From contig DASUII010000297.1 in assembly GCA_036279835.1 (NCBI GenBank), forward strand, positions 1 to 62,975: a stretch of 62,975 bases of DNA. Direction: 5' to 3'. Below, piece by piece: positions 37,679 to 48,327 of this stretch. The notes beneath the pieces are model-generated. The model saw only the letters and a list, made by a program, of their open reading frames with translations, was not told where the DNA came from and ran no database searches. Numbering within the stretch: position 1 is the stretch's first letter; each line of letters starts with the position of its first letter. The position numbers and the translations under genes are program-made. The DNA is from Pseudonocardiaceae bacterium (GTDB lineage: Bacteria; Actinomycetota; Actinomycetes; Mycobacteriales; Pseudonocardiaceae).

Positions 37679-38977
37679 TCAGTGGCCAGTGAGCGGGAAC
37701 CTCAGCACCGCTCGCACCACGGGTGATCTGATCCGCCGCAGTACCGGCCCGTTCGCGCTGAGCCCAGGCATGCGCCTCGCAATCCCCCGCAGGGTGGCGG
37801 TGGCCTGCAGCCGCGCTAGCGGAGCGACAACGCTCTCATAGGTCCTGCCGGCCAGAGACAGGTTCAGGTAGTCCGTCCGGTGCGGACGGTCGAGGTCGAA
37901 CCGGTCCGGATCCGTATTGGCAGCAGGATCGCGGTTGGCCGCGTCGACCAGCACCACGACGTGGCTGTCCTCCTCGATCTGCTGCCCGGCCAATTCGAAG
38001 TCCTGTTGCGCTATGCAGCTTTGCATCCGGACCGGCGGGGCCCAGCGCAGCGTTTCGTCGATGGCGTCCGATGCGCGGCCGGGATCGTCGCACAGCACCT
38101 TCCACTGGTCCTGGTGTTCCAGCAAGGCCATCACCGCGTTGCTGATCACGGCCGTGGCAATCTCGGCGCCGGCCACGGCTGCCAGCACACAGATGGCAAG
38201 GACGTCGTCCTGGGCGAGGTCGCGTTCCCCGGCGGTCGCGAACAGCGCGCTCACTGCGTCATCGCGCGGCTCGGCCAGGCGGGCGGTGACCACCGTGCCG
38301 AGCAGCGTGCGCAGCCGGGCGACCGCGTCCATCAGACAGCGGGCGACTCTGAGCTGCGGGGGGCACAAGGTGGCGTCCAGCGCGATCCCGAGCCGTGGCG
38401 CCAGCTCAGCCAGCTCCGCTCGAGTCGCGTCTGGCAGGCCGAGCACCCGGGCGAGCGAGTTGATCACGATCGGTCTGGACAGGTCCGCCACCAGATCGAA
38501 CTCGCCATCGAGCCGGTCGAGCACCTGCTCGACGACCCGCTCGATGTCGACTTGCCAAGCGCCGACGACGTCGGCGCCCAGCACCGGCGCAACCATCCGG
38601 GCCAGCCGCTGGTAGTCGTCGCCGGGCTGGGTGAGCAACGCGCCGTCGAGCGGCGTGACATGGCACAGCTGCCACGCCTCCCACACGTTCTGGAAGACGT
38701 GGTCCTGGGCGCCGGCGGAGCCCGGATGGCGGGTGCCAAGCCGAGAGTCCTGGAGGAGCTGGGCGGCTGGCGCCGCGCCCGCGGTTACCCAGGTGGCCAT
38801 GTTGCTCCGGTAGAGCGGCCCCCGCTCCCGGACCTGGCGGCCCATCGGCTCCGGGTCGTCAGTCTCGCCCCGCAGGAGCAAGGCGTACGGATCGCCGAGC
38901 GCGCCCATGACGAACTGGAAGCCGCGGACCGTCAGCAGATGGCGACCCAGCTCGCTGTCCGTAGCGGTAATCGACAT
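37679..38977 (-). CDS. Cytochrome P450-like glycosyltransferase auxiliary protein (DnrQ/AknT/DesVIII-like) lacking the heme-ligand cysteine
   Basis: The length and helices are P450-like, but the heme loop reads YLNLSLAGRTYESVVAPLARL with no Cys. The ATG at 38977 is preceded by GAGGAG. It lies immediately upstream of a GT. Confidence 0.8.
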   Translation of the reverse strand: MSITATDSELGRHLLTVRGFQFVMGALGDPYALLLRGETDDPEPMGRQVRERGPLYRSNMATWVTAGAAPAAQLLQDSRLGTRHPGSAGAQDHVFQNVWEAWQLCHVTPLDGALLTQPGDDYQRLARMVAPVLGADVVGAWQVDIERVVEQVLDRLDGEFDLVADLSRPIVINSLARVLGLPDATRAELAELAPRLGIALDATLCPPQLRVARCLMDAVARLRTLLGTVVTARLAEPRDDAVSALFATAGERDLAQDDVLAICVLAAVAGAEIATAVISNAVMALLEHQDQWKVLCDDPGRASDAIDETLRWAPPVRMQSCIAQQDFELAGQQIEEDSHVVVLVDAANRDPAANTDPDRFDLDRPHRTDYLNLSLAGRTYESVVAPLARLQATATLRGIARRMPGLSANGPVLRRIRSPVVRAVLRFPLTGH

Positions 38978-38987
38978 GGCTAGCTCC

Positions 38988-39920
<933 letters not shown>

Positions 39921-41015
39921 TCACTGGCAGGTGACTGGCAGGTGTCGTGGCCGTTGGCTGGTCGGTGCCAGCACCAGCAACGACAGGTCGTAGGGCACGG
40001 TCGGTGACGGCAGCAGCGACACAGACTCGACGGCAAGCCCGGCGGTTTCGGCGAAGGCAGCCCATTCGTCGCGGGTACGCAGGCGCCCGCCCAGAAAAAC
40101 GAGCATTCGGAGATCGAGCTCGGTGAAGTCCTCGTTGGTCGACGCTTCCGGCGGGTCGTCCCGTTCGTAGACGAGGATCCGGCCGCCGGGCACGAGCGCG
40201 TCCGCGCAGCGCTCGAGGATCCGTCGGGCGTCCTCGTCCGACCAGTTCAGCAGCACGAAGGACAGGATTACGACATCGGCGGTTCGCGGCAGCGGCGCGA
40301 AGAAGTCGCCCTCGATCACCTCGATCCGGTCGGAGAACCCTTCGGCGGCGATATACCGGTGGGCGGCGTCCGCGGTCCCGGGGCGCTCCAGAACCGTCGC
40401 GGTGACATGGGCAGCGGCGCGAGCGATCGCCGTCACAAATCCGCCCTGGCCCCCGCCGACGTCCAGCACGTGTTTCACCGCCGTCCAGTCATAGGCAGCA
40501 GTCGGGCCTTCGTAGGCGACGTCCTGGTCGCAGGCAAGCAGGGAGTCGAAGGATTCGCGCAATTCGGGCGTCGCCGCGAGGTCGTCGTAGAACGGCTTGC
40601 CGTACACCGACTCATAGGTCGGTTTGCCGGTGCGCACGGCGTCCAGAAGCCGGGTGAAGCCCAAGTCGGCGCGTGCGACAGCCTGGGTCAGGTCGTGCCA
40701 GGCGCGCTGCGCGGCCGGGTGATCGCTGGCGAGCATCTTCCCGACCGCCGTTGGCGCGAAGTGCCCGGGAACCGTCTGCGTCAGAATTCCGATAGCCACC
40801 AGGTGGCGCATCAGCCGGAGAAGCGCGTGCGGATCGGTGTCGGTCTTCGCGGCGAGCGCTTCAGGACTCGTGACGCCGGCCTCGATGTGGTCGACCAGCC
40901 GAAGGGTCGCGGCCACCCGCACCACCATGGGGGTGTGCAGGCTGCCAAGACGGATAAGCGTTCTGAGGGCATCGGCGTCTGGCGGACCGGGACAGACCTG
41001 GGGATCGGCGGTCAT
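39921..41015 (-). CDS. Class I SAM-dependent O-methyltransferase fold protein (DnrK carminomycin 4-O-MT / RdmB 10-hydroxylase family)
   Basis: [10 protein letters not shown] is the SAM motif I, followed by ..[28 protein letters not shown]. The ATG at 41015 forms an ATGA overlap with the stop of the cyclase gene. Confidence 0.85.
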   Translation of the reverse strand: MTADPQVCPGPPDADALRTLIRLGSLHTPMVVRVAATLRLVDHIEAGVTSPEALAAKTDTDPHALLRLMRHLVAIGILTQTVPGHFAPTAVGKMLASDHPAAQRAWHDLTQAVARADLGFTRLLDAVRTGKPTYESVYGKPFYDDLAATPELRESFDSLLACDQDVAYEGPTAAYDWTAVKHVLDVGGGQGGFVTAIARAAAHVTATVLERPGTADAAHRYIAAEGFSDRIEVIEGDFFAPLPRTADVVILSFVLLNWSDEDARRILERCADALVPGGRILVYERDDPPEASTNEDFTELDLRMLVFLGGRLRTRDEWAAFAETAGLAVESVSLLPSPTVPYDLSLLVLAPTSQRPRHLPVTCQ

Positions 41016-41449
41016 GAGCGCCAACCGCAGTCCTCGGGCCATGGTTCGCCCAGCTGCCGGTACGTCCCGAGGTAGTCCGGCCAGTCGCGGTGATCGAGGA
41101 TCTTCCCGTCAACCACGCGGATAAGGTGGATCTGCTCGCCGGAGAAACGGCGCCCGGTCGGCGGCATACCCACCACGTTGCCCACGTGCCTGCCGTAGAG
41201 CACCAGGCGCGCCCGGACCCATTCGCCACGCTGCTCATACCCGATCTCATCGAGGTGGGCTTCGTCGGAAAACGCGTATTTCAACCACCCGACGGCCTTG
41301 CCGAACGCCTCCGGCCCGCGCAGGTCCGGGTGGTGCTCCAGGGCACCCGGATTCAGGTACTCAGGGTGGATGAACTCTTCAAGGTCGTCGATTTTTCCCG
41401 TGTTGTACGCCTCCACCATGCGGCGAACGACGGCGATCTGCTCACTCAT
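41012..41449 (-). CDS. SnoaL-like polyketide cyclase (aklanonic acid methyl ester cyclase DnrD/AknH-like)
   Basis: 145 aa from the ATG at 41449. [34 protein letters not shown]...[24 protein letters not shown] is the NTF2-like ester cyclase pattern. Confidence 0.85.
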   Translation of the reverse strand: MSEQIAVVRRMVEAYNTGKIDDLEEFIHPEYLNPGALEHHPDLRGPEAFGKAVGWLKYAFSDEAHLDEIGYEQRGEWVRARLVLYGRHVGNVVGMPPTGRRFSGEQIHLIRVVDGKILDHRDWPDYLGTYRQLGEPWPEDCGWRS

Positions 41450-41601
41450 GCCAGGAAACGCTCCTCTCGCGGGATTGCACACGGCGAAGCGGCCGGATCC
41501 GGAGGTGTTGAATTCACCTGCAATTATGGGAGCTGCCCGGCGATCACACAAGTGACCGGTCGCGAATTCCGATCGTTCCCAAGCCGATGACCCGTTGACT
41601 C

Positions 41602-41630
41602 TCGAGTCGGCCTCCACCGATTTTCGAGAC
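41602..41630 (+). promoter_or_regulatory. Three TC-initiated heptamers at 11-nt phasing (TCGAGTC / TCCACCG / TCGAGAC), candidate SARP site in the divergent cyclase / methyltransferase promoter region
   Basis: Read directly. The heptamers start at 41602, 41613 and 41624, about 55 nt upstream of the GTG start at 41683. Confidence 0.4.
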
Positions 41631-41682
41631 GGGACCCGGACACTGGTGAATCGCGAAGGAGCATTGACCGGCAGGAGCCCAC

Positions 41683-42543
41683 GTGCAGGCCTCGTACTAC
41701 AAGCAGCAAGTCACGCAGGTGTTCCACCACGCAGCGACGACGTACGATCGCCTGGGCGTCGAGTTCTTCACCCCGATGGGACATCGTTTGATCGAGCTTG
41801 CCGGCCCAGCGCCCGGTGAACGCGTGCTCGACGTCGGATGCGGTCGTGGCACCTGCGTATTCATGGCGGCCGATCGGGTCGGCCAGGGCGGCCAGGTAAT
41901 GGGTATCGACCTTGCGCCGGCCATGATCGAGGAGGCTAAACGGGAAGCGGTCAGGCTGGGCGTGACAAATGTCGAATTGCGGGTGATGGACGGGGAAGCG
42001 CCGCAACTGCCGGCCGGGTCCTTCAACGTTGTGACGGGCAGCTACAGCTTGATTTTCCTGCCCGAAGCGCCCGCCGCGCTGGCCCGTTACACTCGAATCC
42101 TCGCCGACGGTGGACGAATTGCGTTCACTAGTCCTACTTTCCGCCAGGGAACATTCCCGTTTCTGCCACCGATGTTCACCGCGCTGATCCCCCAGGAACT
42201 GCTGAACTACCTGCCGACCGAATGGCAACCCGAATCGATGGTCCGCCGGTTCAACAGCTGGCTCGAGCAGGCCGTCGACCTGGAAGGGACCTTGTCGCGT
42301 GCCGGATACGGCGAGGTCACCATCGTCGACGAGCCGGTGCGGCTGACCGCCCGTTCGGGGCAGGCGTGGGTGGACTGGTCACATACCCATGGCATGCGGC
42401 TGCTGTGGCAGAACCTTCCCGCTGATCAGTGCCAGGAACTGCGGGAACGGCTCATCGCCGGGTTGGACGCGATGCGTGACGGCGACTCGCCGTTGACCAT
42501 CGACGTCCCGGTCCGTTTCGTCACCGCCAGGGTATCCCGGTAG
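41683..42543 (+). CDS. SAM-dependent methyltransferase (aklanonic acid methyltransferase DnrC/AknG-like)
   Basis: 286 aa with [10 protein letters not shown] (motif I). It is divergent from the ester cyclase operon, as I recall for dnrC/dnrD. Confidence 0.8.
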   Translation: MQASYYKQQVTQVFHHAATTYDRLGVEFFTPMGHRLIELAGPAPGERVLDVGCGRGTCVFMAADRVGQGGQVMGIDLAPAMIEEAKREAVRLGVTNVELRVMDGEAPQLPAGSFNVVTGSYSLIFLPEAPAALARYTRILADGGRIAFTSPTFRQGTFPFLPPMFTALIPQELLNYLPTEWQPESMVRRFNSWLEQAVDLEGTLSRAGYGEVTIVDEPVRLTARSGQAWVDWSHTHGMRLLWQNLPADQCQELRERLIAGLDAMRDGDSPLTIDVPVRFVTARVSR

Positions 42544-43508
42544 TCAGCAAGCGTGTCGAAGGCGGCGGCCACCGACTCCCGGTCCCGTTCCGCGGGGCCG
42601 GGGCGTGCGGGCAGTAACGGCACCACGGCGCCGCGCCCGGTGCGGACGACGGGATGGCGGCGCGCGATCCGGGTGAGCCCCTGCCCCGGACCGGCCTCCA
42701 CGCAGACAACGTCGTTGCACCAGCCCAGCATCGCGTCCAGCGCCGGCCAGAAACGCACCACGGCCACGGGGTGACTCGCCCAATAAGCGGGATCGGCGAC
42801 CTTATCGCCGGTCAACGGCTCACCTGTGTACCCGGAATAGAGCAGTAGCCGAGGCGGCATCACCGGCGTGGCGGCGAACCGCTCGATGGCGCCGCCGGTG
42901 GCCTCGGCGAGCATGGGACTGTGGAACGCGGTGAGCGACGGGACTCGCTGGCAGGTCACACCGGTATCGCGCAGGGCCACCGCAACCGCGTCGAGCGGAC
43001 CGTTCGGCCCCGCGACAATAGTTTGGCGGGGGGCGTTCACCGCCGCCACAACCACCTCCGGCGTCAGGAATGGTTCGAGCGCCGCCGCTGCGGCTGCGAC
43101 CGCGAGCATGCCTCCCGGCGGCGCGGCGGCGAGGCGTCGCACCCGATCGAGGACGAGCGTGGCGGCGTCATCAAGGGTGAAGACGTCGGCGAGGGTGGCA
43201 GCGGCCATCTCCCCCACGCTGTGACCCAGCAGCGCAGCCGGCCTTATTCCCCAGCTCAGCAGCATCCGACCCAGGGCGTAGTCGACCGCGAACAGGAGCG
43301 GCTGCGCGCGGGTGACGTGATCGATGGAGACCACCGCATGCTCGGCGAGCCAGTCACTGCGCAGTGGCTTGCCCTCGTCGCCGAAGGCCGAGAACACCTC
43401 GTCCATCGCCGCGGTGAACTCTGGTTCGTGCAGGTACAGACCGCTGGCCATCCGGGTGTGCTGGGAGCCTTGGCCCGGGAACATCAGTGCGACGCACCGG
43501 CGATTCAC
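42426..43508 (-). CDS. Acyltransferase, malonyl-CoA:ACP transacylase fold (DpsD-like)
   Basis: MFPGQGSQ and the GHSVGEMAA active-site serine motif are present. It is the last gene of the KS operon. Confidence 0.85.
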   Translation of the reverse strand: MNRRCVALMFPGQGSQHTRMASGLYLHEPEFTAAMDEVFSAFGDEGKPLRSDWLAEHAVVSIDHVTRAQPLLFAVDYALGRMLLSWGIRPAALLGHSVGEMAAATLADVFTLDDAATLVLDRVRRLAAAPPGGMLAVAAAAAALEPFLTPEVVVAAVNAPRQTIVAGPNGPLDAVAVALRDTGVTCQRVPSLTAFHSPMLAEATGGAIERFAATPVMPPRLLLYSGYTGEPLTGDKVADPAYWASHPVAVVRFWPALDAMLGWCNDVVCVEAGPGQGLTRIARRHPVVRTGRGAVVPLLPARPGPAERDRESVAAAFDTLADYRDTLAVTKRTGTSMVNGESPSRIASNPAMSRSRSSWH

Positions 43509-44554
43509 GGTACTTGCCCACTCACGTCACCCCACGACGGGCGTTCGAGCATTTCGACGACCGCGCACGACCAGCTGAACCCGGACCCCACGCTCGCCAG
43601 CAGGCACAGGTCTCCTCGACCGAGCACGCCTGCAGTGACCAGGTGGTCGAATCCGGCGATCGGATCGCCAGCACCGAGGTGACCGACGCACCGGCTCCAC
43701 GACCACGTCGTGATGTCCGGGTCGATGCCGAACCGGGTGAGGAAGCAGGCCTCTAGCCGCCGCCATCCCATGTGTGGCAACGCGATCCGGTCAATGTCGC
43801 CGAGCTCGACCCTAGCCGCGGCCAGCGCGCCGGCCAGCGCGGCCTTCTGCCCGGCGGCGATCCGCGCCGTGCTGAAGGAGCGTCCAGCCTCGGCGACGTA
43901 CTCCCGCTTACACCACTCGAGGTCCACCGTCGGCTGGTCGACGAGAGTCGGCTTCCCGAACGGGTCCCCTCCACGGTGCATCCCTTCCAACTCGGGATCG
44001 GAGATCGTCACCAGGCTGCGTAACCTGGCGAAGCCCGCGTGGCGCGACACGACGATCGCAGTGCCCCCGTCGGCGTAGACGGTTCCCGGATCGCTGCGCC
44101 ACCGGTCGAAACCTGGCGGGCTCATCCGGTCTCCCGTACTGATCAGCGCCGCGGACCGCTCCGCCGATGTGGCTAGGTAGCCACGGGCCAGCTCGATGGC
44201 GGCCATGGCGCCGTTGGAAACCTGCCGGACCTCCATCGCCGGGCACTGGTTGCGCACGGCGACACGTTGGACGTACGACGCGGGCGCCCATAGGTGATGG
44301 CCCTGGAAATACAGGCTCGCGTGCAGGACGAGATCGATGTCCGGCGGGCCACAGCCCGCGCGGTCCAGCGCGACGCGGGCGGCACGAGCGGCCATTTCCG
44401 GGGCGGACTCCTTGTCGGCGACCGCGACGGACAGCATTGCCGTCGTGGCGGCCAGCCTCTCGTCGCAGTCCCCTGCCGCCAGGGCCTGCGCGGTTGTCAC
44501 CGCCGGTGGTAGCCAGGTGCCGCAGCCCGCCAGGTACAGGTCACCGTTCATCAA
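43505..44554 (-). CDS. KSIII (FabH)-like starter-unit enzyme with Ser in the nucleophile position (DpsC-like, propionyl starter)
   Basis: 349 aa. The region equivalent to the FabH Cys reads [18 protein letters not shown], with Ser-Asn-Gly in place of Cys-Ser-Gly. It lies between the CLF and the AT. Confidence 0.82.
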   Translation of the reverse strand: MMNGDLYLAGCGTWLPPAVTTAQALAAGDCDERLAATTAMLSVAVADKESAPEMAARAARVALDRAGCGPPDIDLVLHASLYFQGHHLWAPASYVQRVAVRNQCPAMEVRQVSNGAMAAIELARGYLATSAERSAALISTGDRMSPPGFDRWRSDPGTVYADGGTAIVVSRHAGFARLRSLVTISDPELEGMHRGGDPFGKPTLVDQPTVDLEWCKREYVAEAGRSFSTARIAAGQKAALAGALAAARVELGDIDRIALPHMGWRRLEACFLTRFGIDPDITTWSWSRCVGHLGAGDPIAGFDHLVTAGVLGRGDLCLLASVGSGFSWSCAVVEMLERPSWGDVSGQVP

Positions 44555-45759
44555 GCCCTCCGCACGATCATCGCGCTGTTGAAACCGCCGAAGCCGCGCG
44601 CCAGTACCAGCGCGGCGTGCCCGGTGGTCGGCCGGGGCTCGGCGAGGACGAGGTCGATGGCGAAGTCCGGAACCACTTCGGACACGTTCGCGGTGGCGGG
44701 GATGACGCCCTCATGAAGTGCGACCATCGCGGTGACCACATCGAGGGGACCGGCGCCGGAGCAGAGCCGTCCTGTCAGCGTCTTCGGCGCCGTCACCGGT
44801 ACTGCGTGGGGACCGAACACCGCTTCCAGTGCGGCCGCCTCGGCGGCGTCGAGTTCAGGCACCGCGGCAGCATCAGCGAAGACCACCGCCACCTCGGACG
44901 CGTCAAGGCCGGCATCGGCGAGTGCCGCTTCGATCGCGCGACACAGGTTCGAGCCCCGACCGGAATCCGGTGGTGGGTCGAAGCTCGCCCCGTAGCCCGC
45001 GATCTCCCCGTATACCCGGACGTCACGTCGCCTTGCCCGGACGACGTTCTCCAGCGTCACGATGGCCCCGCCTGCGCCTGGTACGTGCCCGCAGGCCCGA
45101 AGGTCGAACGGCAGATACGCGGTGGTGGGGTCGTCGCCACGGCTCAGCCGGCCGGAAGAGACCTGCGCGGCAATCCCGTACGGGCACAGCGATGAGTCGA
45201 CCGCGCCGGTGACCATCATCGTGGCGCCGGCGGTGACCTTGCGTCGGGCGTGGGCGATTGCGTCGAGGCCACCGGCCTGCTCCGCGACCATGACACCGAC
45301 CGGTCCCCGCAGGTCGTGACGGATGGCGATCTGACCGGAGTTGACCGCGTAGAACCAGGCAAAGGACATGTATGCGCTGACGTAGTCGGGGCCCTTGCCC
45401 CACAAGTTCTGAAGCTCTCGCTGGCCGAAGTTGAAGCCGCCGCACGAACCCGCCGTCACCACGCCCACGCTGAGCGGGAACGCGGAGTCGTCGGCCGCCG
45501 CATCCCGGATCGCCCAGTCGGCGGCGGCAAGTGCGTACCGGGTCATCGGGTCGGTTTGGGGAAGGAGGCGGCTCGGCAGGTGGTCCTTGGCCACAAAATC
45601 GGTGACCTCACCGGCCAGCCGGGACGGGAACGCACTCGCGTCGAAGCGCTCGATGGGCCCGATCCCGGTCCTCCGATGCAGCACGGCATCCCAGTAGCGC
45701 TGAAGTCCCAGCCCGTTCGGAGCGACAACCCCGACGCCCGTGACCACGGTGGCAGTCAT
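44551..45759 (-). CDS. Type II PKS chain length factor (KSbeta)
   Basis: 402 aa. The active-site position carries Gln ([10 protein letters not shown]). It is coupled to the KSalpha gene. Confidence 0.92.
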   Translation of the reverse strand: MTATVVTGVGVVAPNGLGLQRYWDAVLHRRTGIGPIERFDASAFPSRLAGEVTDFVAKDHLPSRLLPQTDPMTRYALAAADWAIRDAAADDSAFPLSVGVVTAGSCGGFNFGQRELQNLWGKGPDYVSAYMSFAWFYAVNSGQIAIRHDLRGPVGVMVAEQAGGLDAIAHARRKVTAGATMMVTGAVDSSLCPYGIAAQVSSGRLSRGDDPTTAYLPFDLRACGHVPGAGGAIVTLENVVRARRRDVRVYGEIAGYGASFDPPPDSGRGSNLCRAIEAALADAGLDASEVAVVFADAAAVPELDAAEAAALEAVFGPHAVPVTAPKTLTGRLCSGAGPLDVVTAMVALHEGVIPATANVSEVVPDFAIDLVLAEPRPTTGHAALVLARGFGGFNSAMIVRRA

Positions 45760-45766
45760 GGCGCAA

Positions 45767-47026
45767 TCACCGATCGAATCGGCCGAGGAGCATGGCGCTC
45801 TGGAAACCGCCGAAGCCGCTGCCTACGGTGAGGGCCATGGCGACCGGATGTTCGCGTGCGGTCAATGGCACGTAATCCAGGTCGAGCTCAGGGTCTGGCT
45901 GGTAAAGGTTTGCCGTCGGCGGTATGACACCGTGCTCGATGGTCAGGGCACTGGCCGCCACCTCGATCGACCCCACCGCACCCAGGGAGTGACCGATCAT
46001 CGACTTGATCGAGCTAATCGGCACCCGGTAGGCGTGCTGACCGAGCGCACGCTTTAACGCCGCGGTCTCGTGCCGGTCGTTTTGTTTCGTAGCCGTGCCG
46101 TGGGCGCTGACGTAGTCGACCGCCGATGCGGCACACCGCGCTTCGTCGAGTGCAGCGATGATAGCTGCCGCCATCTCGGCACCGTCAGCGCGCAGGCCGG
46201 TCATGTGGTAGGCGTTGCTTCGCGACGCGTACCCGCCGATCTCGGCGTAGATGTGCGCGCCACGCTTGCGAGCGACCTCGGCCTCCTCGAGGATCAGGAT
46301 GGCGGCGCCCTCCCCCAACACGAAACCATTACGAGTGCGGTCGAACGGGCGGGACGCGCTGGCGGGTTCGTCGTTGTGATCGGAGGTTGCCTTGATCGCG
46401 TCGAAGCACGCGACGGTGATCGGGGCGATAGGCGCGTCCACGCCTCCGGTGATCATCACGTCGGCCGCTCCCTCGCGGATGAGCTCGCAGGCGTAGCCGA
46501 CCGAGTCGATCCCCGATGTGCACCCCGCCGAAACGACGCACGTCGGCCCCTCGGCGCCGACCAGCCAAGCCAGCTCGGCGGCCATTGAACTCGGGACGAA
46601 ATAGTCGTAGAGGTAGGGCGTCGCGCGGGTGTGATCGACCAGCCAGCTCATCCCGCCGCCGCTGACCGCGACGTACTCAGTTTCCAACTTCTGCGTGCAG
46701 CCGACCGCGCTGCCGAGACTTACGCCCACTCGTGGCGCTGACCGCTCGTCGATTTCCAGACCGCTGTCCTCGACGGCTTCACGACCGGCGACCACGGCGA
46801 ACTGGGCGGCCCGGTCCAGGCGTTCCCGGTCGGTTACGGATAGGCCGGCCAGCTCAGGATCGAAGTCGCACTCAGCCGCTATTCGGGAGCGAAAAGCTGA
46901 CGGGTCGAACGCGCTGATCGCGCGGGTCGCCGTGCGTCCGGACACGAGGAACTCCCAAAAGGCTTTGGTCCCGATTCCGCCGGGGGCTATCACGCCGAGG
47001 CCGGTGATCACGACGCGGCGGGTCAT
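45767..47026 (-). CDS. Type II PKS ketosynthase alpha
   Basis: 419 aa with the VVSAGCTSGIDSVGYA active-site Cys and downstream H..H motifs (SAHGTAT, IGHSLGA). Confidence 0.95.
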   Translation of the reverse strand: MTRRVVITGLGVIAPGGIGTKAFWEFLVSGRTATRAISAFDPSAFRSRIAAECDFDPELAGLSVTDRERLDRAAQFAVVAGREAVEDSGLEIDERSAPRVGVSLGSAVGCTQKLETEYVAVSGGGMSWLVDHTRATPYLYDYFVPSSMAAELAWLVGAEGPTCVVSAGCTSGIDSVGYACELIREGAADVMITGGVDAPIAPITVACFDAIKATSDHNDEPASASRPFDRTRNGFVLGEGAAILILEEAEVARKRGAHIYAEIGGYASRSNAYHMTGLRADGAEMAAAIIAALDEARCAASAVDYVSAHGTATKQNDRHETAALKRALGQHAYRVPISSIKSMIGHSLGAVGSIEVAASALTIEHGVIPPTANLYQPDPELDLDYVPLTAREHPVAMALTVGSGFGGFQSAMLLGRFDR

Positions 47027-47397
47027 CGTGCCCTCTTCGACGAGGCGGACCAGGTGGTGGGCTCGGGTGCGGTGCGCAGCTGGCGAGTCAGGTACAGGTT
47101 CGGTTCACTGGTGCTTAGCACGCGCAACGCGGCGGTATGCGGCGTGAAGTCCGGATGGCCGATCGCCACCCGGAACGACGCGGTGTCCCGCCACCAGGCG
47201 ATGTTGAGATAATGGTGTTCGTTGCCCTCGTCGGCATGGCGTAGCAGCATGTGACCGAGGAAGCCGGGCTGGCGTCCCATGAACGCCGACGTGGCGGTGA
47301 ACGCCTGCTCGAACTGGCCGCATGACCCGTGCACCGCGAACCTGTTGACGAACGTGACCGCTCTGTCGCCGACGGCATCGAATGGTGGGACGGGCAT
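47023..47397 (-). CDS. ABM-fold anthrone monooxygenase (DnrG/AknX-like)
   Basis: About 124 aa. FVNRFAVHGSCGQFEQAF...YLNIAWWRD..SF is the ferredoxin-like ABM pattern. AAGGAG precedes the TTG/ATG starts at 47400/47397. There is an ATGA overlap with the KSalpha start. Confidence 0.8.
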   Translation of the reverse strand: MPVPPFDAVGDRAVTFVNRFAVHGSCGQFEQAFTATSAFMGRQPGFLGHMLLRHADEGNEHHYLNIAWWRDTASFRVAIGHPDFTPHTAALRVLSTSEPNLYLTRQLRTAPEPTTWSASSKRAR

Positions 47398-47466
47398 CAA
47401 GGTTCTCCTTTTCTTACCCGAACGACTGTGTGCCGCCGCTCTCGCGGGCCGCTTGAACCCGAGTCG

Positions 47467-47484
47467 TCAAGTGCAGCTCAAGTG
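47467..47484 (+). promoter_or_regulatory. Perfect direct heptamer repeat TCAAGTG x2 at 11-nt spacing, candidate SARP site in the divergent oxygenase-KS / KR-ARO promoter region
   Basis: Read directly. The repeats lie at 47467-47473 and 47478-47484, 38 nt upstream of the KR start at 47522. Confidence 0.45.
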
Positions 47485-47521
47485 GCAGATGTGAGGCTTC
47501 GCGCCAACCGAAGGGAGAACC

Positions 47522-48307
47522 ATGTCCCCCCAAGCCCGCGCGGTCGCCCTCGTCACCGGAGGAACAAGCGGTATCGGTCTCGCGGTGGTGCGTTCCCTCG
47601 GTGGGAGCGGGGCGCGCGTGTTGCTGTGTGCACGCAACGAAGACAACGTCACCCTGACCGTCAAGCAGCTACGCGAGGCCGGTATGGATGTCGATGGCCG
47701 GACATGCGATGTGCGAAACCCGGGCGCCGTCGCCGACCTGGTGGCTGCCACTCGTGACCGCTTCGGCCCGATTGACATCCTGGTCAACAACGCCGGCCGT
47801 GGCGGTGGCGGCGTCACCGCGAAGATTTCCGACGAACTCTGGCTCGATGTCATTGAAACCAATCTGAACAGCGTCTTCCGGGTGACGAGAGCTGTGCTCA
47901 CCACCGGAGGCATGCTGGAGCAGGAATGCGGCCGGATCATCAATATCGCCTCGACTGGCGGAAAGCAGGGCGTCGCGCTCGGTGCACCGTATTCCGCGTC
48001 CAAACATGGGGTCGTCGGGTTCACCAAGGCGCTCGGCCTGGAACTGGCGAAAACCGGGATCACCGTGAACGCCGTCTGTCCCGGTTACGTAGAAACGCCG
48101 ATGGCGCAGGGCGTTCGGCAGCGCTACGCCGACCTCTGGGGTGTCACCGAGGAAGACGTGCGCGAACGGTTCAACGCGAAGATCCCGCTCGGCCGCTACT
48201 CCACCCCCGAAGAAGTGGCGGGCATCGTCGGCTATCTGGTGTCCGACACTGCCGCGTCGATCACCGCCCAGGCCATCAACGTTTGCGGCGGTCTCGGTAA
48301 CTACTGA
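47522..48307 (+). CDS. Polyketide C-9 ketoreductase (SDR; DpsE/ActIII-like)
   Basis: ALVTGGTSGIGLAVV, NNAGRGGGG and YSASKHGVVGF are present. The ATG is preceded by GGGAGAA. Confidence 0.9.
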   Translation: MSPQARAVALVTGGTSGIGLAVVRSLGGSGARVLLCARNEDNVTLTVKQLREAGMDVDGRTCDVRNPGAVADLVAATRDRFGPIDILVNNAGRGGGGVTAKISDELWLDVIETNLNSVFRVTRAVLTTGGMLEQECGRIINIASTGGKQGVALGAPYSASKHGVVGFTKALGLELAKTGITVNAVCPGYVETPMAQGVRQRYADLWGVTEEDVRERFNAKIPLGRYSTPEEVAGIVGYLVSDTAASITAQAINVCGGLGNY

Positions 48308-48327
48308 AGCCTGCCGGAGGGATGCAC

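Noticed and set aside
37880-38983. 367-aa plus-strand ORF over the P450-like gene (similar shadow ORFs at 23583-24749, 55237-56121, 33780-34421, 311-1225 and 20368-21539)
   Set aside because: All lack family motifs and overlap strongly supported genes on the other strand. They are treated as non-coding shadows.
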